From assembly GCF_006345805.1 (NCBI RefSeq), contig NC_043003.1, positions 110,484,001 through 110,548,000 on the forward strand: a stretch of DNA of 64,000 bases, in the 5' to 3' direction. The notes under the pieces are model-generated. The model made no database searches, had not been told where the DNA came from, and saw only the letters and a program-made list of their open reading frames with translations. Source of the stretch: Octopus sinensis (Eukaryota). Made by a program: the position numbers and the translations under genes. How positions within the stretch are numbered: position 1 is the stretch's first letter; each line of letters begins with the position of its first letter. Below are positions 40,545 through 55,770 of this stretch, in pieces.

Positions 40545-40910
40545 TACTCTCTTTTACTCTTTTACTTGTTTCAGTCATTTGACTGCGGCCATGCTGGAGC
40601 ACCACCTTTAGTACTTATTCTATCGGTCTCTTTTTGCCGAACCGCTAAGTGACGGGGACCTAAACATACCAGCATCGGTTGTCAAGCAATGCTAGGGGGA
40701 CAAACACAGACACACAAACACACACACATATACATATATATACATATATACGACAGGCTTCTTTCAGTTTCCGTCTACCAAATCCACTCACAAGCATTGG
40801 TCGGCCCGGGGCTATAGCAGAAGACACTTGCCCAAGATGCCACGCAGTGGGACTGAACCCGCAACCGTGTGGTTGGTTAGCAAGCTACTTACCACACAGC
40901 CACTCCTGCG
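40545..40910 (-). mobile_element. SINE family B, near full length
   Basis: Reverse complement of the 59697 copy with an internal deletion. Further partial copies near 13255-13410(-), 22305-22430(-), 26810-26920(-) and 41890-42200(-). Confidence 0.85.
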
Positions 40911-40985
40911 TGTGTATATAATATATATATATATATTATATATATATATATAATATATATATATATAATGTGTGTGTGTGTGTGT

Positions 40986-41019
<34 letters not shown>

Positions 41020-41254
41020 AACGGACTATAATAGAATGCGCTTGTCGAAGCAGAAATGCTCTCATAATGTATGTTGAATGTTTTAGATGACAGATTGCTG
41101 AATATATTTTGCATGGAATAATTAACTGAATGCAAAATAACTTGTTGAATGGATTCGACTTCAATGCACATTTGGGGTCAATCTGTCAACGCTCATATAT
41201 AAGGATAATTATAAGGAAAAATAATACAATCCAAAACTTTAAAATAATCCTTTC

Positions 41255-41690
41255 TACTATAAGCACAAGGTCTGAAATTGCGGGGAGGAGCCTAGTCGAT
41301 TATATTGACCCCAGTGCGTAACTGTTACTTATTTCATCGACCCCGAAAAGATGAATAACAAAATTTATTACCTCGGTGGAATTTGAACTCAGAAGATAAA
41401 AACGGACGAAAGGCTGCTAAACAGTTTGCCCAACGTGCTAACTATTCTACCAGTTCGCCACCTCCAATACTTGGAAATAATCTTTTCTACTATAGGCACA
41501 AGACCTATATTTTGGGGAAGGGGTTTAGTCGATTATATAGACTCCAGTGCTGCATCGGTACTTAATTTATCGAGCCGAAAGGATAAAAGGTGCAGTCGAC
41601 CTCGGCGGAATTTGAATTCAGAACGCAGCGACAGGCAAAATACCGATAATCATTTCGTCCAGCGGGCTAACGATTCTGCCAACTCACCGC
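41255..41690 (-). mobile_element. Two tandem SINE family A copies
   Basis: Reverse complements align to 10827-11056. Confidence 0.75.
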
Positions 41691-42108
41691 CCTCAATGAT
41701 CGAAAATAATGCCAAACACAAAACTCTTTCGCTGAAGAGTGAAAGCTTTACTAATTTATGGCTGAATTCATTTGTTGATATTTAGTTTTACCGAAGTATT
41801 TCATCAACATAACGTACAACCTGCTCTTTTTTTTTCATTTTAATTGTTTTAGTCCTTTGACTACTCCCATTCTGGGGCCCCAACCTGGAGAAGGCTTTTG
41901 TCAGACAATTAGACCTCAGGACTTAATTTCTTGTAGCTTGATACTTGTACCACCGGGCTCTTTCACTGAATCGCTAAGTTACGTAAATGTAAATACATCA
42001 ACACTGGTTTCTAAGCGGTCGTGGTGGTGGAAAACAGACATATAAAGGCACACACACAGATATATACATACATGTATAATATACATACATACACACACAT
42101 GCATATAG

Positions 42109-42143
<35 letters not shown>

Positions 42144-42482
42144 ATATATATGCGACAGGCTTCTTTCAGTTTCCGTCAACTAAATCCTCTCTGGTCAAGC
42201 CGAGGCTGAGACGTCATAAAGATAGGTAGTGATTATTTGAAAGTTAAAGCATGATTACTTTTCCAAATAACTATGATACAAAAGGTGACCATTAACTCAC
42301 ATATAGCTGAAAACGTTAGAGATTGTTTATAAATTTATTCTTCGACCATTAAAGTCAGTTTATATCATAAGGCATTGGTTAAACATCTTCACTCGATGTA
42401 TTGTCGATATATATAATTTTATAACTATTTTGTCATCTTAAAAATTAAGAGAATATAATGGTAAACTGTTTTCTCAAACTCT

Positions 42483-43421
42483 GTGTTCGAAATAGAGAGG
42501 TCAGATCCTGTACACTATAGATCTCTATTGCAAGCAGACCTGGACACAATGCAGCAGTGGATCATGGACTGGCAACTCAAGCTGGCTGTGGACAAATGTA
42601 CCACCATGCATTTTGGGAGGAGAAACCCAGCGTCTACCTACTCCCTCCACAACACTAGTCTCAAAAAGTCTCCATGTGAACGTGACCTGGGTGTTATTGT
42701 CGACAGTAATTTGCGTTGGACAAAACACATCGCTAAAATTGTCAAGAAGGCTGAGGGTGTCTTGGCATCACTCACCAATTCCTTTGTGAGCCGCTCTCCG
42801 ACTATCTATCTGCGGCTTTATACAGCTATGGTAAGACTTCACCTGGAATTTGCATCACCGGGCTGGAACCCCTATCTTGCCCAGGATATCAATCGTCTGG
42901 AAGCCGTTTAGCGACGTGCAACCAAAAGAATACCCTCCATCAGGCATTTGCCATATTATGAGCGCCTTACTTCCCAGGCCATGGACACATTGAAACTCCG
43001 ACGACTGGCAGCTGACTTGGCAGACACCCATAAAATTATCAACCATCGCACAAACAATAACTCTGAGCACCTTTTCAAACTCCACCCATCTAACACCCGT
43101 GGACATATTTACAAAGTCAGAAAACAGCACAGCTTCCATGACTTTAGGAATCTTTTTTCCCGCTGAGAGTTGCTGAAGCATGGAACAAACTGCCGGCATC
43201 AGTTGTTAGTTGTCGGAGCACTGTATCCTTCAAAACATCCATGTTTTCTGAGATTCGCCAACACTACACCTGATTCTCTCCTCTCCATACACACACAAGC
43301 ATGTGTCTGACTCATGCATTGTTCAATTTCCAGACATTTGTACGTTACTGCATGTGCTTTATATGCACTGTCTGACAAGTCGTGGTGCACCTGAGCACTG
43401 TATACAATAATTTCATTATTA

Positions 43422-43465
<44 letters not shown>
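42483..43465 (+). mobile_element. CR1-type LINE 3' fragment
   Basis: LQADLD...W..DWQLKL..DKC, ERDLGVIVD, VRLHLEFASPGWNPY and WNKLP motifs with an in-frame stop and frameshift; 3' UTR ends in (ATT)n. Confidence 0.85.
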
Positions 43466-43616
43466 GCAACTCAAAGTATATCCACAGCGAAAAAGAAAGT
43501 GCGCTTCTCATTTTATGTTTGAAATTTCCTCATATTCTACCTCTGCAGTAAGAATTGTTTGAGTAACAAAATATAAGTGGAATTTGACAGAAATGTATAG
43601 GACAGAAGGCTCCTTT

Positions 43617-43678
<62 letters not shown>

Positions 43679-43789
43679 ACACACACATATATATAAATGT
43701 TTATCTTCCAAATGTTTATCGCCGCATAAAATTCTTGTAATAAACCAGGTGTATTTATATAAATGTTTATCTGCCAAGTCAGCTGCAGG

Positions 43790-44092
43790 AATGACTGTGT
43801 GGTAAGTAACTTGCTAACCAACCACATGGTTCCGGGTTCAGTCATACTGCGTGGCATCTTGGGCTTCTGCTATAGCCCTGGGCCGACTAATGCCTTGTGA
43901 GTGGATTTGGTAGATGGAAACTGAAAGTAGTCCGTCGTATATATGTACATATATAGCGGTTCGGTATAAGAGACCGATAGAAGAGGTACTGGGCTTACAA
44001 AGAATAAGTCCCGGGGTCGATTTGCTCGACTAAAGGCCGTGCTCCAGCATGGCCGCAGTCAAATGACTGAAACAAGTAAAAGAGTAAAAGAG

Positions 44093-44095
<3 letters not shown>
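43790..44095 (+). mobile_element. SINE family B, internally deleted
   Basis: Head and tail match the 59697 copy. Confidence 0.8.
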
Positions 44096-44123
<28 letters not shown>

Positions 44124-44136
44124 TCGTGTGTGTATG

Positions 44137-44173
<37 letters not shown>

Positions 44174-44940
44174 CAACATTTTCTCCATCTTTATGAAATT
44201 GCTGGCCTTGTGCCAACTATTGAAACCATTTACAAATATAGATGTGTGCGTGTGAGTGTGTGAGCATGTAATATCTAGTAGTATATCCTTAGGCGATATT
44301 TCTTCCATAAGTTCAAATTCTTGGCTTGAAGAGCACCTCCCCTCTGTGTCGCGGTCTGGATATATTAGTTGTCACTCCTATTGTCAAGGTGTGTTGGCAA
44401 ACTGCTTGACAGTGTAGATGTAGTGGGATGGTGATTCTGTTACTGTTAAGGTGGTTGCCGTTTTAAAGGGGTTGGCATTTATTTCTTTTTACTGTTGATT
44501 TATTCTTTATGGTTGGTTACACATGTACTTAGCTGACATTTAAAGATCGCTCCATACGTACGTATATAGTGTCGTTCATATAGATATCCATATACACACA
44601 CACATACGTACATAAACATACACACGCATACACGTACACACACATGGTTAGGAGGGAGAGAAGAGGGAGAGATTTCATTGAATTATTATTATTCTATAGT
44701 GTTTTATCTGGAAAATGCAAATTTGACGTGGTGATAACGTCTAGAGATTTTCTCACCATGCTTGTTTACTAAGTTTTCGTTATTTAAAAGAAGGCACAAA
44801 TGACATATGCCGTATATTATATTGTATGATATGAGTGTCCATTTGTTTTATTATTGACCATATTTGTGCGTGTACGCACATGTATGTATGTATTCATATA
44901 TAGGTGTGTGAATATATATATATATATACATATAATTATA

Positions 44941-45040
<100 letters not shown>

Positions 45041-45045
45041 TATAG

Positions 45046-45102
<57 letters not shown>

Positions 45103-45751
45103 TATATAGTGTGAGCATGATTCTGTATTGAGGCACATATGGTAACTTACTTATTCGATATAAATTATACATACAAAAATATGAAATATATAAAGTGTAT
45201 GATTAAGGCAATGTCCCACATAACTACAGTGGAAGATCAGAACCAGTAAAGAGAAGCTCAGCACAATATTTTATATATGTTCTATATATACAGTCCTTTA
45301 TATATATTGTAGTGTGTATATTGATACAGTCATTCCTGCCGTATCATAAAACAGTTATACATTTACACGCAAAACACACATACACAGAAGCACACGTATA
45401 CAAGAGTATATGAATATACTGATGTATTAATAATTCATTGTATTAACGATAGCGCATATCATCTTCGTGTTTTTGCATAGAAATATGATCTATCAATTAC
45501 TCCAATTCCGGCATTTATAAGAGTAGCAAAAGCACCAATATCGATACTGATTGAATTCATCTCTTTACCGAGGAAGGGGAGTAGGTGCTGTGAAGTTGTA
45601 AAAGTTATTAATTCTTCCCTATAGGATAAACACAAAGATATATTTTAAATAACGATGCATAAATTTAGTATACACCACAAAAACTGCAATTAATCATATA
45701 TTGCTTCTATAGAGTTGCAACCTTTTGTCCTTATATATATATATGTATATC

Positions 45752-45812
<61 letters not shown>

Positions 45813-45964
45813 TTTGAATAAATATAATACGCAAAGTTTAGTTAAAATATCGTTGTGATGTATACATATATTTGTGTGTGTGTGTTTATAAATACATACA
45901 TACATATACACATATATGTATGTATGTATGTATATATATATATTCATACATACATACATACACA

Positions 45965-46005
<41 letters not shown>

Positions 46006-46135
46006 TATATATATATATATTATTATATATATATACATACATATATATATATATGTATGTATATATATACATATATGCATTTTTTCGATGGCCCCTATAA
46101 CTGAAGTTATTAAAAATTATATAACTCTGTGTATT

Positions 46136-46423
46136 GTTTGTTCCTTCTCGAGCCATGCGTGGCTCATAAATGCTAGTTTCCGGGTGTCCTTGGTGTATAG
46201 GTCCACACTTAGACGTGACGCCTGCCCGTCGCAGGTGAGCTACAAGAGGAAGAGTAAGTGAAAGTTGTGGCGAAAGAATCAGCAGAAGCTCGCCATTACC
46301 TTCTGCCGGTGCTGCGTGGAGCTTAGGTGTTTTGCACATAAACACACACATCGCCCGGTCTGAGATTCGAACACGCGATCCCTCGACTGCGAGTGCGCTG
46401 CTCTAACCACTAGGCCATGTGCC
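46136..46423 (-). mobile_element. tRNA-derived SINE family D, inverted relative to 17575
   Basis: Reverse complement aligns end to end with 17575-17880. Confidence 0.8.
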
Positions 46424-46589
46424 TACACAAATGTATGCCTTGTATATAAAAATTTAGAATTTAGTCATATAAGCTAATAAGGGATATAACGGTTTTAAAA
46501 TATAAAGTTATAAACGTAAAATATACGACAGGGTATATAAAAATATACTGTAGATATATGTAATATTAAAAGAAATATATAAGGATATA

Positions 46590-46630
<41 letters not shown>

Positions 46631-46748
46631 AAACAATATCAGATATATAAAAGTATAAAGACTATAAAAATGAAAAAATAAAGAATATAAAATTAAAAGA
46701 AAAATATAAAAAAATATAGAAATATATAAAAACTTATAAATGTATATA

Positions 46749-48345
46749 CAGTGGGGAGAAATGAATATTCGTACATGTCAAAATTCTTTATTCATTTAAT
46801 TTCTTATGAACATAAATGGGATATACCAATATTATATTTCCATACACATGCATAAGCTAAGAATATGCAAAAGAAACTAATAAATTATAGTTACTAAGGA
46901 ATTTATATACAATTATAAATAATTAGGGGTGAAAAAAGTATTCGTACAGAACATAAATAACTGATAATTCTGATTTAATACTTCGTAGCATAACCATTAT
47001 TCAGTTCCACTTCAACCAATCTCTTCTTGTAGTTCTTAATCAATGACTCGCATGTTTCTTTAGGAATTTTTTCCCATTCTTCTTGACAAATTTTCTTCAA
47101 ATCTGGAATGCACATTGGGGCTCTTGAATGAATTTTAATTGTCAAATAATACCACACATTTTCAATGGGCTTCAAGTCAGGTGACTGGCTTGGCCATTCT
47201 AATAATTTTATATTGTGATCGACAATCCATTTTTTGGTAGACTTCGCCGTGTGCTTAGAGTTGTTATCCTGTCGTAAAACCCACCCTTCACAAAGCTGGA
47301 ACTTTTCTACAGAGTCCCATAAATTATTGTTCAAAATATTTTGGTACATCTCTGCATTCATTCTACCATCTCTCACATGTAAATTGCCAGTACCATTTGC
47401 AGAGAAACACCCCCACACCATAATGTTGCCACCTCCAAACTTTATGGTAGGAATTGTGTTTTTCGGCGAATAGGCAGCACCATCTTTCCTCCAAACATGG
47501 CTACGCGAATTTCTTCCAAACAATTCAATTTTCCACTCGTCTGTCCATAGAAAATTTTCCCAGAATGTATCAGGTTTATCTTTATGTTCATAAACAAATT
47601 TTAAACGGGCATCTCTATGCCTTTTAGTCAACAGCGGAGTTTTTCTAAGAGAGCATGACTTCAGTTCATTTCTGATTGTTCGTAGTGTAACACTAGTCCT
47701 TGAAGCTAACAAATCTTCTTGCAACTCCATTCTGGTGATCATTGCGTTTTTTTCGATTCTTCACTTCATTTTTCTTAAAGATCTAGGGGAAATTTTGCAT
47801 GGTACACTGGATCTTCTTCTGTTTTCAACAGTTCCCGATATTTTATATCTTTGAATAAATGAAGATATGGTAGAAAATGGAATATAAAGGATCTCTAATA
47901 TTTTCCTGTAACTTTTACCTCTTTTCCACTGTTCAATAATTAGGTTTTTTCACTGTATGTGTGAGTTCTTTACTTTTCGCCATTATTACGATATCACTTT
48001 ATGTTGTCTCAGAGCTGAATGAAGAAGCTAGCGTTTTGACACTTAAAAATGACAACTGATAAGATTATTGGAACAAACGAGAAAGTTCTAGTAAAAAAAA
48101 TATTTTAATAGTATTTTGTGGCATAGAAAATCATAAATTTATTCTTTACGAATACTTTTTTCACCCCTAAATGGTTATGATTGTATATAAATTCCTAGGT
48201 TACTATAATTTATTAGCTTCTTTTGCATATTCTTAGATTATGCACGTGTATGCAAATATAGTATTGGTATATCCCATTTATTTGCATTAGAAATTAAGTA
48301 AATAAAAGAATTTTAACATGTACGGATATTTATTTCCCCCCACTG
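46749..48345 (-). mobile_element. Full-length Tc1-family DNA transposon (DD34E) with about 215-bp IR/DR-type TIRs
   Basis: TA|CAGTGGGG...CCCCACTG|TA ends; the tattcgta motif recurs at both ends of the left TIR; ORF 46975-47742 has WTDE, QDN and WPSQSPDLKPIEN with 34 residues between D and E; N-terminus disrupted. Confidence 0.95.
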
Positions 48346-49272
48346 TATGTATAGAGAAAGTTATCACAAGATTTTTGGTATAAATAAAGACATAAAATAA
48401 TATAAAAAATTGAAAAAATGTGAAATTATAAAGGTATAAAAAACTATAACAAGATCTTGATTTTAAAAAGATCGAGATAAAAAAAAAAGAATTTAATATA
48501 AATAAAGCTAAAAGTGAAAAATAAGTTTTACAAATATTTGTAAAGTGTAGAATAAAAATACCTAATGATAAAAAAATAATAGATCTTAGATGGATATATT
48601 TTGTATTCAGGGGAGGCGCAAAAAAAAAACCCAAAAATAAAACACTTGTAGTAAAAATAAAAAGATATTTTTTATCACCAGATATGAAAGGAATTGATTT
48701 AGAAAACGGCTTGATACATATTGTAATAATTAATAAAGTGTAAATTTCCTGGGTTATAACATTTTAAATTATAAATAATTATTTCGTAGTTTAAGTCATA
48801 GACTAATCATTTCAACTCAAAGGTTATATTAGGTCAAATCACGAGAGAGCGCGTCATAAGTATGATTTACTAAAGGAATACTAGAACTAGATGATCATAC
48901 AAATATTATTAGAGGTAACCAGCAAAGTGGATGCCGATATGTTAAAATGAATATTAAAAATCTAGTATTTAAGGAGTGTCAAAAAAAATCTCATTTTTAA
49001 ATAATACCAAAAAATTGTCAAAATTTACGATTGGTTACAATAATTCAACGAATAATAAACAATAAAAGAGAGATAAAATTAGGAAGAGGACAACAGATAT
49101 CAAATTAAGAATTAATAATAAATTAATGAAGTAGTGCTAATTCTAGCGGGAGGGGTTATATTAATTGCTATATCGAGTTTCAATCTTTAATCAATGGAGT
49201 TATAAACTCCATATACTACGTATAAGTAAGAGATTAAATATACGGAGAATCAGAATTTTGACTGAGGAGTTA

Positions 49273-50557
49273 TCAGGTCATCCCATAAGTTCTGTCCGAT
49301 TTTATCATTTTATAAATTGAATGGCATTTAATAGTATTTTAGAATGTCTAAGGGAATTAAAAATTATTTTTATGCATTTGTGTACATTTAAACTAATTAA
49401 ATATTATTTTACAGAATAATAGAATTAAAATTTCTTTGATTAAAACCTTTCTAACATGGAAGTATCCAAAGAGAATTTAAGGCACATAATGCTTTATGAG
49501 TACAAAAAAGGAAACTCTGCAACCGAAGCGACTCAAAATATACACTCAGTTTATGGGAAATAATGTTTGAATGAAAGAACTTGCAGAAGATGGTTTGCAA
49601 AATTCAGAAGTGGAGATTTCAGCCAGGAAGATGAAGATCGAACAGGACGTCCAGTTGAGTTTAATTATAAGCTCTTTGAGACATTGCTTGAAGAACATCC
49701 TGCATTATCAGTTGAAGAATTGGCAATAAAGCTTCGTTCAAACCATACAACTGTTCATCGTCATCTTCAACATCTTGGAAAGGTTCCTAAACTTGGAAAA
49801 TGGGTGCCTCATGAATTGTCCGAGAGCAACTGCATGTCCCGAGTTGATATCTTCTCTTCTCTCCATTCTCGCGAATTCATTTCACTCTTTTTGGATAGAC
49901 TTGTGACTGGTGACGGAAAATGGATCTTCTATCGAAATGTTAAACGTCGAAAACAGTTGCTTGGTAAAAGGGAAATAACTCAACCACATCCGAGAAGGGA
50001 ACTTCATGGTAAAAGTTCCTTTTCTCTATGTAGTGGGATTGCAAGAGAGTATTTCACTTTGAATTTTTAGCACCTAATGCAACAATCAATGCTCAAGTCT
50101 ACTGTCAGCAATTAGAGCGTTTGAACCAAGGTTTGAAGAAAAAAGACTCGGTTTAATGAATCGAAAATGAGTGTTGTTTCATCAGGACATTGCGCGACCC
50201 CACACTACAAAGATCACATCATAGAAGATCGAAGAGCTTGGGTGGGAACAAATTTCTCATCCACATTATTCTCCCGACCTTCCTCCTTCAGACTACCATT
50301 TGGATCGTAGTTTACATAATCATCTGGGGGACATAACTTTCGCAAACCAGGAGGAGGTTGAAACTGACATTTCAGAGTTCTTCGTTTCAAAACCAAAATG
50401 GTTTTACATTAATGAGATTAAAAATCTTGTGAATAGATGGAAGGAAGTCTTAGATAATCAGGGAAAGTAATTTCATGATTAAATTTCAATTAAATATAAC
50501 ATTTGATCACTAGTTTTCTTTATACGAAATTCGGACAGAACTTATGGGATGACCTGA
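49273..50557 (+). mobile_element. Full-length mariner element, transposase pseudogene
   Basis: TA-flanked TIRs tcaggtcatcccataagttctgtccga; transposase from 49456 (MEVSKENLRHIMLYEYKKG) with WVPHEL, VTGDGKW, HQD..RPH and YSPDL..SDY motifs; stops and a frameshift. Confidence 0.95.
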
Positions 50558-50673
50558 TATAATGTGAAAGCTATCAACGAATGGTTAGAGAACAAGTATG
50601 TATGCATACACATATTCAGATACACACACACATATATGTATATATGTGTATATACATATGCATGTATATATAT

Positions 50674-50752
<79 letters not shown>

Positions 50753-52599
50753 ATGTTTGTGTGTGTATATATACATATATATATATATATACATACATGC
50801 CAATATATATATATATCAGATGGCATGCTATGTTATGTGAAGTAGATGTCGATTTTGATCCCTGGTTTAGATTAATGACGTTATTATTTTCCATAAATAG
50901 AGAATATTTCTGTGGAGAATTAAAATATGAAGGAAAGTATAAAATATAACGAATAAATTTGGAAGTTTCTACCATCCAAGATGAAATAAATTACTTTAAT
51001 AGACTTTAGACAAACAAATATATATATAAAGTTTTAAGTCTGAAATGACATTCAAAAATACAAACGAACATGACAAATATGTATTTTTATAGACATCTTA
51101 AATCATGAGAGTTATGGCCTTCTGTTCAAACAAAACAAAGTGAGTCCATGAATATAAAATAAACTAAGAAATAAAGTTTATGTGTATATGTTTGTGTATA
51201 GGTGAGTTTTCGAACGTATACGTACATACATATATACACACACACATACACCCATGCATCTACGTATTTGCTTTGATACACATATGTGCGACGATTCATG
51301 TATGCATGAGCCTTGTGACCTTTACGTATGCAATTTTGTGTATGAATAGACATCTATTTTGTTACCGAAATATTTATCTGTCTTCTTTATTGGAAAGTTA
51401 TTTATAATATTTATGGAATACTATTTAGAAATTTTAAATCACCGCAGTCATATTAAATATTTTCTTCTTACATCGGAACTTCGTTTATTCCTCATTCGTA
51501 ACGCTCTCGGCCATTTTGGATTTTTAGTAAGTTTCATATATTTACACGGCTGTCTGCAGCAAGCGATCTTACATTTATTTTTACGTATTCTCCTATCAAA
51601 TAAATAGTCTCATTTTGTCTTTCGTACATTCCCTGTAATATTTTGTTAATCTAATATTGGACATAAGCGTTTGAATAGATATTTCTCTCGTCGTATCTCT
51701 ATATTAATATTTGCTGTCAAATAATTAGGTCTGATATTACTTTATTAAAGCCAACTTTTTTGTTTTACATTGTTAGAAAATACAGTATGAACAAATTAGA
51801 GGTTCTAATGACGCCTGACTGAACTATGTTCTTAATCGGTGATATTTTTAGTACTTTATCAAATGTGCTGAAGATTTATTTATTGTAGTTAAATAAGAAT
51901 ATTTTTTAATTAATAAATTTTGAGGCAGTGAATTATTTTCGCAAAACAATGATCATATACGAACAAGTTTTTTATTTTTTCGTATATTTCTAACTAATAT
52001 TTTTCACTAATTTAAGGCGGCGAGTTAGCAGAATCCTTAGCATGACAGACAAAATGCTTAGCGGTATTTCGTCCATGTTTACGATCTGAGTTTTCGTTCA
52101 GGTGAGGACGACTTTGCCTTTCGTCCTTTTGGATTCGATAAAATAAGATGAGAACTAAGGTCGATGTAATCGCGTTACCATTCGCCCGAAATTTAAATCT
52201 GCTTTCATTACTTTAATAACACACGCTACATACCTTATTGAATTCAAAATTATATCTCTCAAAGTAATGATACAATACTGGTATTGAATACCGGTATATT
52301 AAGTGTTTAGTATGGATGAATTTGGTGCTAAACTATTCTATGAATAGTAATCCTTAATCAGAAGTCAAGATACGATAAACAAGCGAGTCTAAAGGAAAAC
52401 GGAGGGTGTAATATTTGTTAACTGAATTATGCAAACAGCGTTATTTTCTTTTACCTGCGCTTAACAACGCCCGTGACTAGACATTGGGATAAAAGCTATA
52501 AAACGTATTCGTTAATAATATTGCCCTTTCGTTACTTAAACTCATTTGTTTACCAGTAGATATGTTACCACAATACAATCCTTGTTATTATAATTCAGT

Positions 52600-55100
52600 T
52601 TATTCATCTGAATTCGAAAAGTCTATGTTGAATTGTTGAAGCAAAATGCATCTCATACAGAAGAAAGTTCTTTGTCGTCTTTTAAGAATTTGCATCCAAA
52701 GTTTTCATTCCCAAATCTTTTCAAGGATCTATCCGTATTATCACCACTAATATTCTGAAAATAATGGTCGCCATCGAAATCAGTTGCCACTTTCCGAAGA
52801 GGGACAGACTTTGTTTCTCTACCAGCTCTCAGACTGTGGTTACTTTTGAATCGACTCTCATATGAGAAAAGTTGTTCTTTAAGATCCTCTTATGAATCAT
52901 CTAGAGTCCCCTTTTCTACTTAGAAACCGATAGTACAGCTTCTGTAGAATCAAAAATCTGCTATTTTATGTTATTTAATAATAACGAGTGACTCTGATTC
53001 TAATGGAATAGTCAGATTGAATCCGATGTGGATAAACATCCCCCTTGCAGTTTCTCAGTGAACAATTGAAGAAAGTTAGCCATAGACTGGGTATCTATCT
53101 CGAATGTTTTTAATTAGAATACTCTTTACAAAGAACAACATGGTGATGGTGTAACGATGACCAACGTATTAATTCTAAGGACAGTGTCCGTCTCTTTGAC
53201 GCTTTTCAATATTACTTCCCAGTAATTCTTAATAACAACAGCGAAAGCAAATCATTTGTTACGGTTATGTTAAAATCTTTCAAATAATTTTGTCATTAAA
53301 ATAATTGTTTTCCACAGCTTTTTTGAATATTTCCAATATATATATATATATGTGTTCCTCTTATCTTTTATTCTTGGAATTTATGTTCCCTCTCCGTTCA
53401 CTTAATGGTAGCTTATGTCGACGAAATCTTCTCTGTACAACATACAATTTCTTAAGATACTGATTATGATTACTACGCTCTACCTTTATTATATATTCAA
53501 AGAATATTAATATCAGATCACACCAAACATTCTTAAACTTAATAAACTTTGCCACTATAAGACCATATGGTCACTACAAAGGCACATTTCATAGTATTGC
53601 TATGGGGAGAGTCTTGGAGAACATTTGATGTATTCATAAAAATTGACTTTCCTTGGACAACATCATGGTACAAACATCACATGTAACAAAGAAAATGAGA
53701 ATCTATACAATAGGTGAATTTCTTCGAATTAGAATGCTCTATTTTTTACTGATAGTAAACAATAGATAGCGTATCATAAGAAACAATATAAGTCTAGAAA
53801 ACAAAGTTTGAACAAATTCCAACTTGTCCCATATTGGTCATTGATAAATTGCAATTAAATATCAGGAATTAAATTTCTTGAAGACATTATGTTGTATTTG
53901 TTTTATGACTGATCGCAGTCACCTAAATCTTAGGCATATCGTTCTTTTATGTTCTCATATTTCTTTAGCATTCAACAGTATATCTCTAAAATAGCCAAAG
54001 GAGCTCATCAAAGGACCATGGCAATACCAGTTCTGATATCTTATTGTTGCAGCCGGCACTAAAGCATTGCATATAAAAATGGGATAGAACAGCAAATTCA
54101 CAAACAATTCTTGACATACTCACTCAAAAAAGAGCTGTCCAATCTCTTCGAAGATTAATAATTAAACCTGTATCTGCTGTAGCACTTTTATTACGGTACC
54201 AAATATTATTCAAGAGAAAATCATCATCTCATTATTTTCTCTTCACTGTGTATGAAATAGTATTTCCTAAGAAGCCATACTTACTTATTAATTTTTAGGT
54301 AATATTATTTCCAACAATAAACAAAACAAAAGAAACCATTACGCAACCAGTCTCCACCTCACCTCATAAAATGTTCCTGCATTATCCCACCAACTGCATA
54401 CTGGGATGATTCCAGTTTTATGGCTGTTTTATGGTTCCTTACTCAGACAATCTGCCGGCGTTTCTAATCAGCGCACATGCATACCGAAGATTTCGAGGGA
54501 AAACTTCTGCTACAAATTAACTTCCTAAAGTTTAGGGATAGAGGAAGAATTCTAACTCCTTGTTCTACTTCTCTTTAGGACTCCGTTACCAACGAAAGAT
54601 CACCTTCAATATCATATGGAGTATCTTTAACAGGTACAATGCGTACTTACCAGGAGTTCGTAATGCTAAATGTACCTTCTCGTGAAACAGCAAACATGAC
54701 AACGGTCTGCGCTAATAGTCAAAAAGGAAACTGATCTATCCCATTATCACAAAAGATACTCCTGTCAATGAATTTCAAAAGCGTCTCTCAGTTATAACTG
54801 GAAGAACAACATAGCCCATACTCTTTACAAAGAGTTAGATTGAAACCACATGATCATGACTAATACTTAGACTGATATGAAACTTAACACAACGATACTT
54901 GTCTTCTCATCACACGTTGACGTTCAACTCTGAAAAGTCGAAATCAATAGAATGCCAGCTAAACTGGTAATTTCTCTTTTAGAGGGACAATAATGGTTTG
55001 AGACATTAACCCGCAAAGATCAGCGAGTACATGTCCACTGAAATATAATTGACCTCTTCAAACAATTATTGGAATAATTTGTTTCACGAAAAGGCTACAA
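52600..55100 (-). mobile_element. Heavily decayed non-LTR retrotransposon (RT-like remnants)
   Basis: Higher complexity than the flanks; minus-strand fragments resemble RT motifs (LQGGCLS similar to QG..LSP; VQGK similar to vQKgF); many stops. Confidence 0.4.
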
Positions 55101-55391
55101 GTCAGGGTTAGTATAAACGGCAATCAAATTACTGTACAGGTACAGGAAATGTGGACATTATGATAGGGTTCGATAGACAAACGTAAGTAACTTTAGTGTT
55201 AAGATTTAGTACTTCAAAATGCATTAAAATAAGGAGTGGAATATATGTGTAACTGTGTGTTTGTGTGTGTGTCTGTGTGTGTGTCTGTTTGTCCGTGTGT
55301 GTGTACCTGCGTATCTGTGTGCCTGTAATTATATATAAATGTCCTTGTGTATACATATATGCATTCACATATATTGATACATATATAGATG

Positions 55392-55499
<108 letters not shown>

Positions 55500-55612
55500 G
55501 TAAAAAGTGAAAAAACTACAAAAGGCTTGTTTTAAAAGGTTAAAGAATATATATTTAAGTCAATATGTCTGAAGATTATTATAATTTTTTTTCCTACAAT
55601 GACATAGTTTAG

Positions 55613-55651
55613 AAGAAAGACCGGTTTCGCGTTTAGCTTTTCAAATTTCTT
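55613..55651 (-). ncRNA. Second-family minimal hammerhead candidate (U3-A8 core)
   Basis: Minus strand AAGAAA-U-UUGAAAA-GC UAAAC GC-GAAA-CCGG-UC|UUUCUU. Palindromic stem III ACCGGU, but only a 2-bp stem II and a bulged U next to the core. Confidence 0.5.
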
Positions 55652-55728
55652 ACGTCGTTATGTAGTTTTTTCACTTTTTACTATTTTCTATATATTCAAC
55701 CACGTGCTTTCACAAACCAACTTTCTTA

Positions 55729-55770
<42 letters not shown>

